Shown here: positions 1 to 12,349 of the stretch, piece after piece
Layout: every line of letters starts with the position of its first letter
How positions within the stretch are numbered: position 1 is the first letter of the stretch
NCBI GenBank assembly: GCA_050084985.1
Contig: JBITNC010000002.1
Location: 23,498,001 to 23,562,000, forward strand
Reading direction: 5' to 3'
DNA length: 64,000 nt
Source: Nageia nagi
Lineage: Eukaryota; Plantae; Pinophyta
Program-made: the position numbers and the translations under genes
Notes under the pieces: model-generated
Told to the model about the DNA's origin: nothing
The model's input: only the letters and a program-made list of their open reading frames with translations
Databases searched by the model: none

Positions 1-2390
1 CAAAAGCCCTCATTTAGTGGAATAAGTTACTTCTTGATATTAATAGATGATTACACAAGAAAAATATGGGTTTAATTTTTAATATAAAAGGATGAAGTAC
101 TTGAGTATTTCCATCAATTCAAGGTTGTTGTTGAGAAGTAAAGTGGATGCTATAACATAATATTGAGAAAAAATAGAGGTGGTGAATATATTTCAAAACA
201 ATTCCTAATTTTTTGCAAGCAACATGAAATTCACAAACAATTTACAACTAAGTGCACCCTCAACAAAAAGGTATAGCAGAAAGAAAAAATAGAACAATCA
301 TAGAAATGGCTAGGAGTGTGTTGAAAGAAAAGTATTTACGAAATGAATATTGGGCAATAATAATATAATATATAGTTTATATTATAAATAGATATTCAAA
401 GAAAAAGTGTAAGAAATATTTTTTCAAATGAAGCATGGAGTCGAAGAAAGCATAGTATTTCTCACATGAGAGTATTTAGATGTTGTGGCCTATGCACTTG
501 TCCCTAATAAGTTGAAAAACAAATTGGAAAACAAATAAGAAATATACATATTTGTGGGATATAGTGAATAATCCAAGATATATAAATTATTCAATCTAAT
601 AACCAAGAAAATTATAATTAACAAGGATGTGTAGTTTATAGAAAAGGAAGCATGGGATGGAAGTTTGAAAAAAATAGTGAATGTTATTGCCAGATCACCA
701 CAAGTGGATGAAGAAGAACTAGTAAAAATAAATGATCCTTCAAATGTTACTCCTCCCACATCCATTCAAGCTTAACAAGGTTTTTCTTAAGTGACACATT
801 CAACAAGCACAAGGAAATCTTTATGAGTTCAAGTAAGAACTCCTCCAAATGCACATCAAACACCAACAATAGGAACATCTACGAGTCCAATGTCAAGTGA
901 CACATCAAATCAAACTTTGGCAAGTTAAGGAGACAAAAATTTAGAATTTTAAATGATATTTATTAGCAAGAAGAAGATGAAAATAATACAAATTAGATTT
1001 AATTATTTACTTTATATGTACCATTAGATGATCAAATTCATTTTGAACATGCAATTAAGAAAGAAAATGGATAACAACCATGGAGTAAGAAAAAGAATCC
1101 ATATAAAATATTGATACATGGGAATTAGTGAGTATTCCATAAGGAAAAAATGTCATAAGTGTAAAGTGGATCTATAAGGCCAAATATAAGGGTGAAGGAA
1201 TATAGCTTTAACAATAGCAACATAATTTAAATGATAAGTATAGCAAATGGATATAAAGTTAGAATTATTAAATGGATTGTTGGAAGAGGAAGTGTATCTC
1301 GAGCATCCACTTGGTTATGAAGTTCTTGGAAAAGTATATAGACTAAAAAAGACACTCAATGGACTCAAGAAAGCCCCAAGAGCTTTGTATAATAGAATAA
1401 ATTCTTATCTTATGAGCAATGGATTTTGTGAAAGTGATGGTGAATCTACTCTTTACATTAAAGAAATTGATGCTAAATTTTTATTATTATTTTGTATTAG
1501 ATGATATAAGTTTATTAGAAATGATGAAGCTCTCAAAGTTGAGTTTAAAGAAGCTATGAAAAATGAATTTGAGATGACAAACTTAGGGTTGTTAAGATAT
1601 TTTCTTCACATAAAAGATAAATAATTAGATAATAACATATTTATTTCTCAATCAAATTATGCAACATATATATTAAAGAGATTCAAAATAAAAAATTTCA
1701 AGACTAATCCAACTATAATAGCCATGGGATTAAAAATTAAAAAGTAAGATTGGAGAAAGAATGTAAACTCACCTTTATACAAGAGCATGGTAGGAAGTTT
1801 GATGTACTTAATAGCCACAAGGTATAATATAATGTATGTTGTAGGTCTAATTTGAAGAAGTGACTAAAAGGATTTTAAGATATATTAATGGAATAAAATA
1901 ATATCATATTTTGTAAAGAAAGTCAAATGAAATCAAGCTAATCAAACACATAGATAGTGACTATGTAGGAAGTGTAGATGATATAAAGAGTACCCCAAGT
2001 TATGTTTTTCATGTTGAATCAGGGGTTATTTCATGGGCTTTAAAAATTACCAATTTTCTCTCTTTTTTTATAGTTGAACTTGAATATATAGAAACTATAG
2101 GGGTAACATGTCAAGCAATATGGATTAGAGGAATGTTAAAATATTTAGGACACAAGCAAGGAGAACCAAAAAGTATTTTCTATGATAATAAATAAACAAT
2201 AGCACTTTATAAAAAATTATTTTTCACAAAAGAAGCAAGCTTACAGATACCAAATATCATTTTATTACGTAATTAATTAATATTGGAGAAATTATTTTAG
2301 AACAATGCATGTCTAAAGAATAATATTCAAACATTTTCGCTAAGCCCCTAGGAAAGATAACTTTTATTCATCAATGAGATAATTCCAATT
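1..2390 (+). mobile_element. Degenerate Ty1/copia internal region (integrase, RT, RNase H); begins before the window, no 3' LTR seen
   Basis: Integrase motifs (LILIDDYTRKIW, RGGEYIS, GIAERKNRTI). RT ORF 1247-1504 (MDIK..LLNGLLEEEVY..P.GY...YRLKKTLNGLKKAPRALY). RNase H (DSDYVGSVDD.KST; NIFAKPL at ~2330-2350). Many stops and frameshifts; the KARLVAKG block of RT is deleted near 1195. Confidence 0.92.
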
Positions 2391-2649
2391 GCACTACTAT
2401 CAATGCGGATGTATATTTATAGTAGATAGGCATTTGATGTATTTTTTAGAAGTCTCTCTCTCTCACACACAAAAAAAGCTTCTTATCTATGTTATCTTGA
2501 AACTTCTTCTCAAATAGAAAGCATGAGGATGACATATAGAATGTAATAGATAAGTTTTCAATACAATACAAGTGTTATTTATATTAGGAATAATTAATTT
2601 AGAAACCTCTACTCTTTTTCTACTATGTTACATATTTATTTATGATATA

Positions 2650-4890
2650 CAATTGCATTAAGTGGAACAATAGCTAGTTTAGAATCCTTTGTACTTATTT
2701 TAAAATTCACATAAAAATCAGAATTAGTACCATACCTTTCAATAAGAGTGTGTCATCTCAATATTTTCTCCTTTAAATGATTCCTAAATAATTTTTGGAA
2801 ACTCCCTTTTTAAGATGAAATTTCTCCCAAATTATTCTCTCTCCATATATAGATGCCAAAATAACTAGATCTTATACATCTAAAGGATGATGTATTTATT
2901 TTCAAAGAGTGTGCTCATTGTGACACTCACTCTCTAAATTAAATAAGTTGAGACTATAGTGAATATTTCTATCCATAGGAACAGTTCAAAAATCAAACCA
3001 ATATCCATCAAAATTATCATTACTAAAATTTGATTCTTCAACTCCCATGTGTTTACCTTCATCATACCATCCTTTAAAATATTTGTTAATTGCAATCATT
3101 CCACTAGTGTTATTATTTTAATAGGAAACATCTTGGAATTTTTCTATCCATACCTCATGTGGTGAAAGAATTTCTTCATTCTATTCTTCAAGAAAATTAC
3201 ATGAGAGTCTTATGGGTTGGATGTTTAGCTCAAAATGATCAGATGATATTATCATAATACTCCTCTTCCTTTCTAATATGGGATGAACTCTTGGGAACTA
3301 AACCTTGAAAATTTAATACATAAAAATGGTCTCCATGATGGGATGTTGGATTGTTATGGCACAAGTTTGTATCTTAAATACTCATAACTTGCTCTGAATC
3401 CCTCTTTTCTCATTTGTTATCATAGGAATATTTTTACTTTTATCTTCTTCCACTTTCTTCATTTCTTTAGATCTAGGGCATTCCTCTTGTTCTTCCAAAT
3501 TTATTGTTGATTTTTCCTTATCACTTCATTTATTCTCTTCAATCTTATCTTCATTATTTTCATATATATGGGAGCTTATCCTTTTTTTGCAAAACGCTTG
3601 AGAGCCACATAAAAATGAGCTCTCTCTTTCCCAATCTTGTGTAGCCTCATGAATGTTTGATTATGCATGCTTGAAATTGGTGGACTTTTGTTGCTGATTT
3701 CTTTCTTCATCATATTTATTTCTACTACAATTTCCTTTTTCCTCTTTCTCAAAGATATACCAATGATTTTGAAATGAAACACCCCTTTAAATTTTTTTTT
3801 GGAATATATCTATATTGTTGGTGTAGGGCATACATCTCATCCATTTTGCTCCTTGGATCTGATTTAGGAACCCTAACCAAATTCTATATGTGGGTTATTT
3901 GACCTAGTAGAGATGTTTGCACATGAAGCATTTGTTCCCTAATCTCATTCATGGAGTCTTGGATACTATGAATACTCTTTATTTCCTAATACTAATTCTT
4001 GTATCAAATTATCTATTCTTAGAAATGCATTAAATTCATCATACAAGTTAGTAGGTTCTTAGTGCTGATAAGATTGTAATAAGCTAAACTAGGGATCATT
4101 AGAATAGTAAAAAAAATTCAAAATTTTTAGACAAATTCCTCAAATAAACCTGATATGAAATATTACTTGAATAATTACAAATAAATTTCACAAATGAGCC
4201 ATAAATCAAATTGTAAAAAATATCTAAAATATTACTAAACATGAACCAAATTTATCAAAAAAATAAAAAATGAGTGCCAAGCAAATGTATTAATCAAGGA
4301 TAGGTAGTTTAAATGAAAAATGAGAAAAAATATTCCCTATAAGGGAGGATGTCCCTCTTAAATACCCTTAAATGTAAATATGAATGTGCAAACTCATATC
4401 AAATATTCCCCAATGCTATATGTCCCACTTAGAAGGCTACAAATGATTGTAAAAAAGTTGAAAGTGGCCTCCTAAAGCTAGATGTTGGGTTTCAAGGCTA
4501 AAATTCTCCTCCATAAGTCTGAACATATAACTCTGAGATGCTCTAAAATCCAAACTTGAATGCTAATTAGGCCAATGAATCTCAATATGAATCCTTTATG
4601 GATCCATTAATGGATAATTTAAGGGTTTTAACATCAACCCATCAAAGCCAAGAGGGTTTTTGTCCTCAAGGCCTTTGACCCTTTAGGTAAATTTTAAAAT
4701 AAAATATATATTTTTCTTCCAAATGAAACTATATCATGTAACCTTTCAAAATGATGGGTAGAAGATGCTCTATCAATTTAAGAAAATGAATCAAAAATCC
4801 ATAACTTGTGGTTAAAGTTATGCATTTTTTTACATCTCTGAAAATTAATCATTAGAGAAGTCCATTCATAAGATTTGATATGTTTACTTA
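2650..4890 (-). mobile_element. Highly degenerate Ty3/gypsy gag-protease fragment with a possible LTR (~4073-4890)
   Basis: Minus-strand gag-like remnants (GVFHFKIIGISL; YKLV..QSNI) and a protease-like VMIILMDIG. Degenerate PBS-like ctgataagattgtaat at ~4065-4080. Confidence 0.4.
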
Positions 4891-6130
4891 GGGTGTAAGA
4901 GTAACTCAAGAATAAACAAGAAAAGTACAACTTGAGAAAACCTTAACATATAGTTGAGGAAAAAATTGAATTGGGAAATAAGGTGTGGTTGTATCTTAGC
5001 AATGAATGGTTATAAAGTCGAACCAATAAGTTCAAGATTATTATGCATGGAGCTTTTAGTATCATTGAAAAAGTAAGTAAGAATTATTTAAAGTTTAATT
5101 TATCTATTTATATTTAAACTTAGTAGTTATAATGGATAACTTGAACTTTTTGAAACCAAACATGATCATTGATTAACACATATAATAGGTTATATCACGT
5201 ATCAATGACATATTTGTAGATAGTATAAAAATGTTAGGGAGGATTCAATATTGCAAAATAATATGTGTACCACTAGAAGAGGATAAAATAAAGTTTTTTG
5301 TAGCTGATATGAAAATGCAAATGTATGAGAAGGTAAAATGGTATGTAAAAATCATGGTTAAGTAGTTATTTTCTCACCTTACTAAAAAGTGATATTTTTA
5401 AAATAAAAAGTAACCTTAGAGAGGTATGATATAAAAGAATTATATGTATTAAAAATAAATATCTTGGACTATATATTTTTAGTAAAATATTAGATTTCAT
5501 TTCTTGGAATGAACCTCTTGTCCTAGAGGAGGTTTATTAAGGAAAGATGAGTGTACTATCCTCGTTTCATTAATATTCATCAATAAATTACTTTTGAGTA
5601 TTTAATTTTAGAGGATTCCATTGTGTGAGAAAAATTAGTTATACCATACCAAATTTTCTTGATATACAAGGGATTTGAAAAAAAGTGTTAAAGAAATCCG
5701 ATGATTTAAACCCCCAAAATCCCTTGTGGAAAGGTAAATAATTTTTCCAAACTAAAAGATTATTTTTCCAAACTCAAAGAAAGATAAAAAATGGGATGAA
5801 TGTTCTGATTTAAGAAGAGGGTGGGTTGATTTTCAAACCAAGAGTTGAGGCTCAAAGAAATAGAGCTTGAGTTAATAAATGGTACTCTTGCGGTTCTGAA
5901 TCTTTGAGGGAAGAGAAAATGTAGAAGGAATATAATGTAATAGAGAGGCTACTAGTGCCATAGAATACCTTCAGGAATATCTTTAAGCATCCTTCTAGGA
6001 GGCAAGAAGGAAGTGTCGTTTCTAGAAACCTTTCAACATACATCTTATTAGTGGAAGAATATTTTTATGAGGATACCTTTATTCCCCGTTCTTAAGAGAA
6101 AGAACTCACTTTTTTATTTGGAAGGATCAA
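4890..6130 (+). mobile_element. Ty3/gypsy integrase C-terminal remnant, PPT and probable 3' LTR from 5427
   Basis: KVWLYLSNEWL..RTNKFKIIMHGAFSIIEKVSKNYLKFNL (4980-5100) matches the gypsy integrase GPY/F tail. Purine tract agagagg is followed by TG at 5427. The right end of the LTR is uncertain. Confidence 0.6.
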
Positions 6131-6139
6131 ATATATGAA

Positions 6140-6465
6140 AAATGAATATTTTAGAGTGAAGATTTAGACTATAATCTATATGCTCATGTATCATCTTTCA
6201 AAATGTATATCGTTTTCTATAAGTATCTAAGATACCCGAATGATACTCGCGATATATTTCCAAAAGAGATTGAACTTGCATATTATCTTTGTACTAAATT
6301 ATTGTACGCTAAAAAAAATTTAACATTATATTATAACAATAGAAGCTCATAATAACACTAATCTAATTATTGTAAAATGGTATAACCGTAGTAGTTATTA
6401 CAGCAACAATAAAAAGGTGAAATATGGTTGTTGTAGTAACTATAGAAGGAAATAATAAATTTTGT
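6140..6465. repeat. Dispersed ~320-bp non-coding repeat, copy 1 (homologous to 17270-17630)
   Basis: Shared blocks include gagtgaagatt, atcatctttcaaa, atagaagctcataataa and gtaaaatggtataacc(g/a)tagtagttattaca. Confidence 0.85.
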
Positions 6466-7574
6466 ACAAATATTCTTAAAAAAAAAAATTTAAGGAAGAC
6501 TCTCTAGACTACACCTAAGATTATACCTCTAGGAAAAATAAAGTTTGAATGAATTTATTTTAAATAAATAAATGCTGAGAAAGTTTATAGAAAGTGTACC
6601 AGTTAGGGTAGGGCACAAAGATTTCTTTAAATAGCTAACTTTTGTATGGGTAAGGTATGTTCTTTTGGGCATGATACTAGCACTTTAGTGTATGGCAGTG
6701 TTGTCGAAGGAAGGGTTCAATAACACGGTTCAATACATTTATTTGTTACATGAAGTACTATAAGCTACCATGAAACTCCAGGAACCTGGTAACCCCTCAA
6801 ACCTTTCATTTGAAGTCCCAGCTGAGGATATAGTAGCATTAAATTTAGAAAGATAAATATTAAGAATTCATATGTAGAATTTTAATTCTTATTACTTGGA
6901 ATTGAATAAATAGAATTTAAAAATTCAATTAAATATTTAACAAAAAAATATATTAATATTCATTAGTGAGGAAAGATGTTAAAGGGTTTGTAAGGAAGAA
7001 TATTTACAAAGAAATAGGAGTGAATAATGAAACTTCAAAGAAAGAAAAATAAGAAAATAAATTAACATTGTGATACATTGCTAATACAAAATAAATACAA
7101 TGCAATTCATTATTGGTTTTACTTATTTAGGTATCTGAATTCATTCCAACAATAAAAGTTATGTGTTCAAATCCCATGATGCCTATGTATTATGGACCCT
7201 TGTGTGCTATGATATTACTGCAATAAATAGTTAATACAAAACATAATAAAATACCTTCCATTACCAATAAGGTTATGTGTTCAAATCCGGTGATGTCCGG
7301 TAGGCATTAGGCTTCTTAGTTGAGGCTCTTAGAAGTTGGAAGACGAGGGGATGAGTTTAAATCCAATGATCTATTGTGAAATTTTACTAAGTAGGACTTT
7401 CCTATGATTGATTAATTCCCTAATGAAAGGTTAGATGAAACTCTAGTCTTCCTAATTAATATGGAATTATAATATATATGATTTTTAGAATAAATAATAA
7501 TATCTATCATATATCTCATGGTAAATAGGATAAATGAAGTGAAAAATAAAATATTCCTTAGATTCTACCTCAAG

Positions 7575-7790
7575 GTTGCACAATTTGTAGATATGCTGAT
7601 CATTGGAGAGGTGATGATTTTTCTATATGCTTAATTAGTGGGAACAAACTTATAATTGCATAGTTTGTAGATATGTTGATCTTTGGGGAGTTGATGATTT
7701 GTCTATATAAACAAACTTGTAGTTGCGCAATCTGTAGATATGTTGATCTCTAACGAGGTGACTTGTCTATATACGTAATTAATGGAAAAA
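7575..7790. repeat. Three imperfect tandem copies of a 67-80 bp unit
   Basis: Core ttgc..a.t(t/c)tgtagatatg(c/t)tgatc starts at 7575, 7655 and 7722. Confidence 0.85.
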
Positions 7791-7949
7791 AATTTGAAGC
7801 TGGATTAGAAGAAACCTGAGAGTCTAGACAGTGACATTTAAATCAAGTTCTATTTTGAGGTAATGATCAATCCATTCTGTATTTGGAGATAAAAATAAAT
7901 ATTAGAACAAATTTGTTCACAAGGTTCCTTTGGATTTGTCCAAGTGACC

Positions 7950-8780
7950 TTTATATATGCTCAACAAATTTCATCTAGAATCTCGTTATTAAATTATGAC
8001 GCATTGATGCAAGCTGCCTAATAAGAGAAGCTATATGAAGAGATCAGAGGGAGCTAAGGGCAAAAGCAAATCTGCAATGATGAAGGAGCCCACGCAGGAG
8101 AAAACAACATACATAGCGGGGCTTATAGAGCTTGAAAAAGAAATAAAAGAAACTTGATAAAGAGCTAAAACTGAGACCAGTAGGTCCAATTGGAGCAGAT
8201 ATTCCACTCTTTCCGGTAAAATCTTGGAAAAAGTCTTATACAGATTGTGCTATAATACTCCATTCTGTGTATGCTTTTATGTCACTGGGATAAACATTAT
8301 ATTACATAGTACTATTAACAAAAAATATAACTTTTTTCTCATAAAAATGCTTGTTAATAGTTCGTTGCATACTTTTTGTTGTGTCAGTAGCCACATTCTT
8401 GCATAGTCATCCATGCTACTGTAAGAACATAATAATCGACTTCCGGCTTCCCTACTTGAAAACGCTTAAGCAACTTTTTGAAATCCCATTGTTCCAGCAG
8501 TGTCCTCGTAATTCCTTCAAAAGATATGATCGGAATTGGCACTTATTTTTCACTTTGTTCATTTCAGGGTTCAGGTGGGAATCCATGAGTGGACGAGTTC
8601 TTTCCTTTTTGGCTTTCGTGTTTATCGGCATCGTTGACTATCGTGCTCCAACAAGATTGGTGTGGGCAAACAGACCTGCTAACAAACGTCTTTGAACAGG
8701 ACTGTTGTGCTCCAACAAGACTGTTGTGGGCCAACAGAACTGCTAACAAGAGTAAAATATGGAAGAAAAAGTGAATAAAA
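7950..8780. other. CpG-retaining, non-TE-like segment with promoter and splice-like signals (candidate unannotated transcript)
   Basis: Plus strand: TATA-like at 7950-7958, donor CCG|GTAAAA at 8216, acceptor ttgttcatttcag at 8567, AATAAA at ~8773. Minus strand: CCAAT at ~8190, CTATAAG at 8128-8122, CT-rich leader. No convincing long ORF. Confidence 0.35.
8636..8750. repeat. Direct duplication of a ~51-bp module (period 64)
   Basis: gactatcgtgctccaacaagattggtgtgggcaaacagacctgctaacaaa at 8636 versus gactgttgtgctccaacaagactgttgtgggccaacagaactgctaacaag at 8700. Confidence 0.9.
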
Positions 8781-10999
8781 ACTAGAGTGCACAGTAATAT
8801 ATAATAATGTTAATTGGTGAAAAAAAAAATAGTTCAATGGGACAATACTGTCCAATGAAAAAGAAAAAGCATTAGGGTTAAAGTAGAGAAAAATGCTATA
8901 ATATTATACAATGTATAGTTATCTACATCCAAAATTTATTTTTTAGAATGTACAAAAATTTAAACTGTTATTGTATATTGTTTTCGATTCAATGGTATAC
9001 TTGTTAGTGTACTGTATTAAAAAACATGTGATCAATGTTTGAACCTTTACGAGGTTTTTTGCATCAACACATAGAAATTTTTAGGTCCATGCTTTCTATC
9101 TAAAGTTAATATACGCTCAGAATATATGCATAAAACTGATATACGCATAGAATATATGCAAAATCTCCCTATTCCAAAAATTTGGCTGCAAGATAGTGTT
9201 CTCCATAAAGAAAAGGTTAAGAAATGCATATTGTATTGAAAACCATATATAATAGATAATCTTGTCTGTGAGGAGGTCATGGTTATAGGAGCATCATCAT
9301 TATTTAACATAATAATATGGTTGATGGAAGATCTAATCCCTTGAGAAATGATTGCCATGAACTAAAAGGGTCTTGTGGGATTTGTGAGGAATCTCTCCTA
9401 GAATCTTAGTTCGAACATCATATGTAGTTGAGATAAAGTTGGTGATGTGTAACTATTGTCTATGTTAGGGTAACTTGTTAATTGTCTATAAACATATATT
9501 ATATTATGTTAATATATCTCGATGCAAATACAAAATAGTATTGTCTAAAGTGCACTTCTTACTTGTGAGGAATGAAGGGTCCTTGATAAAGTTGTTGATC
9601 TACTTGGTGGCTTGAAGGATCTCTTTAAGTTGTTGTAGAGCTCTACTCCTAAAGATATCGAGCTCTTGTAGGAAGAAGACCAAGCACCTCTAGTTGGTAT
9701 AACAGAAAAAAAGAAAAAAGAGAGTCTTCAAAATCCTTATACAAGTAGTTATATCATATCACTATCATCTTCAAATCTAATAGTATATACAACATCAAAA
9801 TATCAAATGCAACTTATTCTCAGCATCTTCTAGAGATAAAAGCCCTCAAATCCTAACAAATTGAGGAAGATTTGTAGCTAACCAAGGGGAATCCTTATTT
9901 TTTGAGACCAATGGTGCTGAGAGTATGTGCGTTGGATGATGATACCATAAAAAAGTTATAAGAAATATTGTATATAGAAAGGAAACATAGGGTTGAGATC
10001 TTGTGGGGGACAAACCTAAGTAATTATGATTGTAAAATGGTAAGTATCCTCTCTAATAGATCTATTGAGTTTTTCCTTCAATGATTGAAAGTAAAGAGGA
10101 GTGGTCATCAAGGAATTGAATGTTGGGTTTCCATAATAGAGACACACATAGAATTTAATACAAAAATGGATTTGAAATACCAACATCACTTGTGTTTAAT
10201 GGGGACTAATAATGGAAGTCTCTTTGAAGAGCACAAGAAAAGAAATGGGCACCTCTTGCAATCTAAAGATGAATCACTAAATTACCAATATCCATGAATG
10301 AAGGATGTGAACTTGAATACACTCTCAAGATGAAGTGGTTATTTAACAACAAACTTTGTATAATGCATTAGGGAAGGATTTTTTTGTATTGGATCATCCA
10401 CTCAAATGAAATGATTTGACTCCTCTCAATTCATGACCATTCGAAAATCCAAATCTCTCACCCATAGATGATTATGGGTTTAATAAGGCATTAAAAATAT
10501 GTTTCCTTCCACAAATATCTTGGAAGCAAATATGGAAGTATTGACATTCCAAGAGAGAGAATAAAGCATATCCTTTACAAAGACATGATAGGGATGTTTA
10601 TTTCAAGCTGAAAAATGACCTAGAGAACTTAAGCCTTAAGAAGATGTAAACATTAGTAAAATCAATTTGCTCATCTATATAGTAAAAATGATATGTAGAC
10701 ATGGTAACATTTGGCCTTAGTCTTATTGAGGTTGAGAAAAAGTTATTTATAAGAATAATATAGAAAAATAATATAGTAAAGTTATTTATTTATAAATAAT
10801 AATATATATGTTGCATTTCATATATAAAATTAAAGCAAAATACAAGATGTATATATAGCTTATTTTTATTCTAGAAAGTGTAACTAATTAAAAATTTATA
10901 TTATTATAAAGTAATTAGGTATATAGCTTCAAATTGCTCATCCTTGTAATATTCACCTTTATGAGTATCAAAAGAAAAAGGCTTTGACTCCATAAAAAT

Positions 11000-12330
11000 T
11001 GAAATAAGATACATGTGAGGTCTAGATAATAGATCAACCAATTTATTAGTTTTACCCATCTTATAAATAATCAAAGGGTTAAATTAAAACAACAAACCCA
11101 TCCAATTTAAATGGCTAAATTGATGGAATTTGCTTTGTATTTTCAAATATTTTAATGGCTCATGATCATTATGAAATATTAATTATTTTATCATCAAATA
11201 ATATCTTTATTTCTAATCCACTTGAAGTATTATGTACAATTTTGTATCATATGTATGATTACTATGAATGGATTATGAAAACAACTTTGAATGATAGCAT
11301 ACCAACATCCCTCCTTGAAGTAAAACTACTCCCAAAGCATGGATTGCAATATAAACCTCCACTTTGAAAGGCATTCTCATGTCCAACATGGCTACTATAG
11401 GTTCATTGTAAACATTATTCTTTAATATTTTGAATTCTTATTCCTCTTATTTATGTTGCATAATGCTATCATATTTTTAAAATATTCTCAATAGTGGTGC
11501 AACAACATATGGTAAGTCTTTAGTGAACTTCCATAGGTATTAAATTACTCCTATAAAACCATCTTTAGTGCTTGGCTTTATCCACTCCTTGATAGCTATA
11601 ATCTTGGTTGGGTAAAAATAAATTTCTCTTCCACCAATCACATAGACTAAATAAATCATTAAATTCCTGTGAAACTTCTTAAGATTTAATCTTAATTATA
11701 TCTATTTTAAAATATTCAATACCTTTTTCAAATTTTCCATATGCTTCTTCTAAGATGAGCTACAAACTAAAATTTCAACAAAAAATACTAACACACACTT
11801 ACATAGCATTGGACATAGTACATCATTACCCATTTTCATGAACAGTATAAGAGCATTAGTAAATTTAAAAGTCATGAGAAGCCACTTAAAAAGATCATTT
11901 TTATGGCTATGTTATAAATATTTTTATTCTTTATTTTGATTTAGTAATAAATAAATTATAAATAAAGCTGCATGAAGTACTTAAATCATTAATGTGAGGA
12001 ATTGGAAACCTTATTTTAGTAGTAATTTTATTTAGTTCATATTAGTCAATACACATCCTTTAAGTCACATATTTAATTGGAACTAGAATAATAAGTCAAC
12101 CTTCTTACACTAGGCCTCAAATGAAGTTCATACAATAATTTTTAGACTTATATTTTCATCTTATAAAACTATGAAATTGAGTACCTATACAAAAACCTAC
12201 ACAAGTGTATTTGGTAATAGTTGAATCTTATGGTTATCCTATATCTTTGATAGTATGCCATGAGGTGTTTGCATAATTTGCTTATAATTCATGGGTTTTT
12301 GAGTTTGACTTATCTCACAAAATTTGTTTT
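11000..12330 (-). mobile_element. Degenerate Ty3/gypsy RT-RNase H fragment
   Basis: Minus-strand remnants of the RT entry region (~12250), RT core (11500-12050) and the RNase H PFxV..DAS...GAVLLQ-like region (~11310-11380). Heavily decayed. Confidence 0.6.
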
Positions 12331-12349
12331 GCAAGCGTCAATGCTTATG

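Noticed and set aside
8020-8200. Cytochrome P450 J/K-helix-like motifs (EKLYEEI, EKTTY, KET, LRPVGP)
   Set aside because: They need two frameshifts, several stops and wrong spacing, and no heme-binding motif is nearby. Likely chance.
8386-8422. miR169-like sequence (tagcca...gcatagtcatccatgcta) in a short hairpin
   Set aside because: The match needs gaps, and the stem is far too short for a miRNA precursor.
9243-10700. Possible fossil ORF (…RVLDKVVDLLGGLKDLFKLL…) and ORF 10085-10297
   Set aside because: Stop density is about what AT-rich random DNA gives, and I recognise no family.
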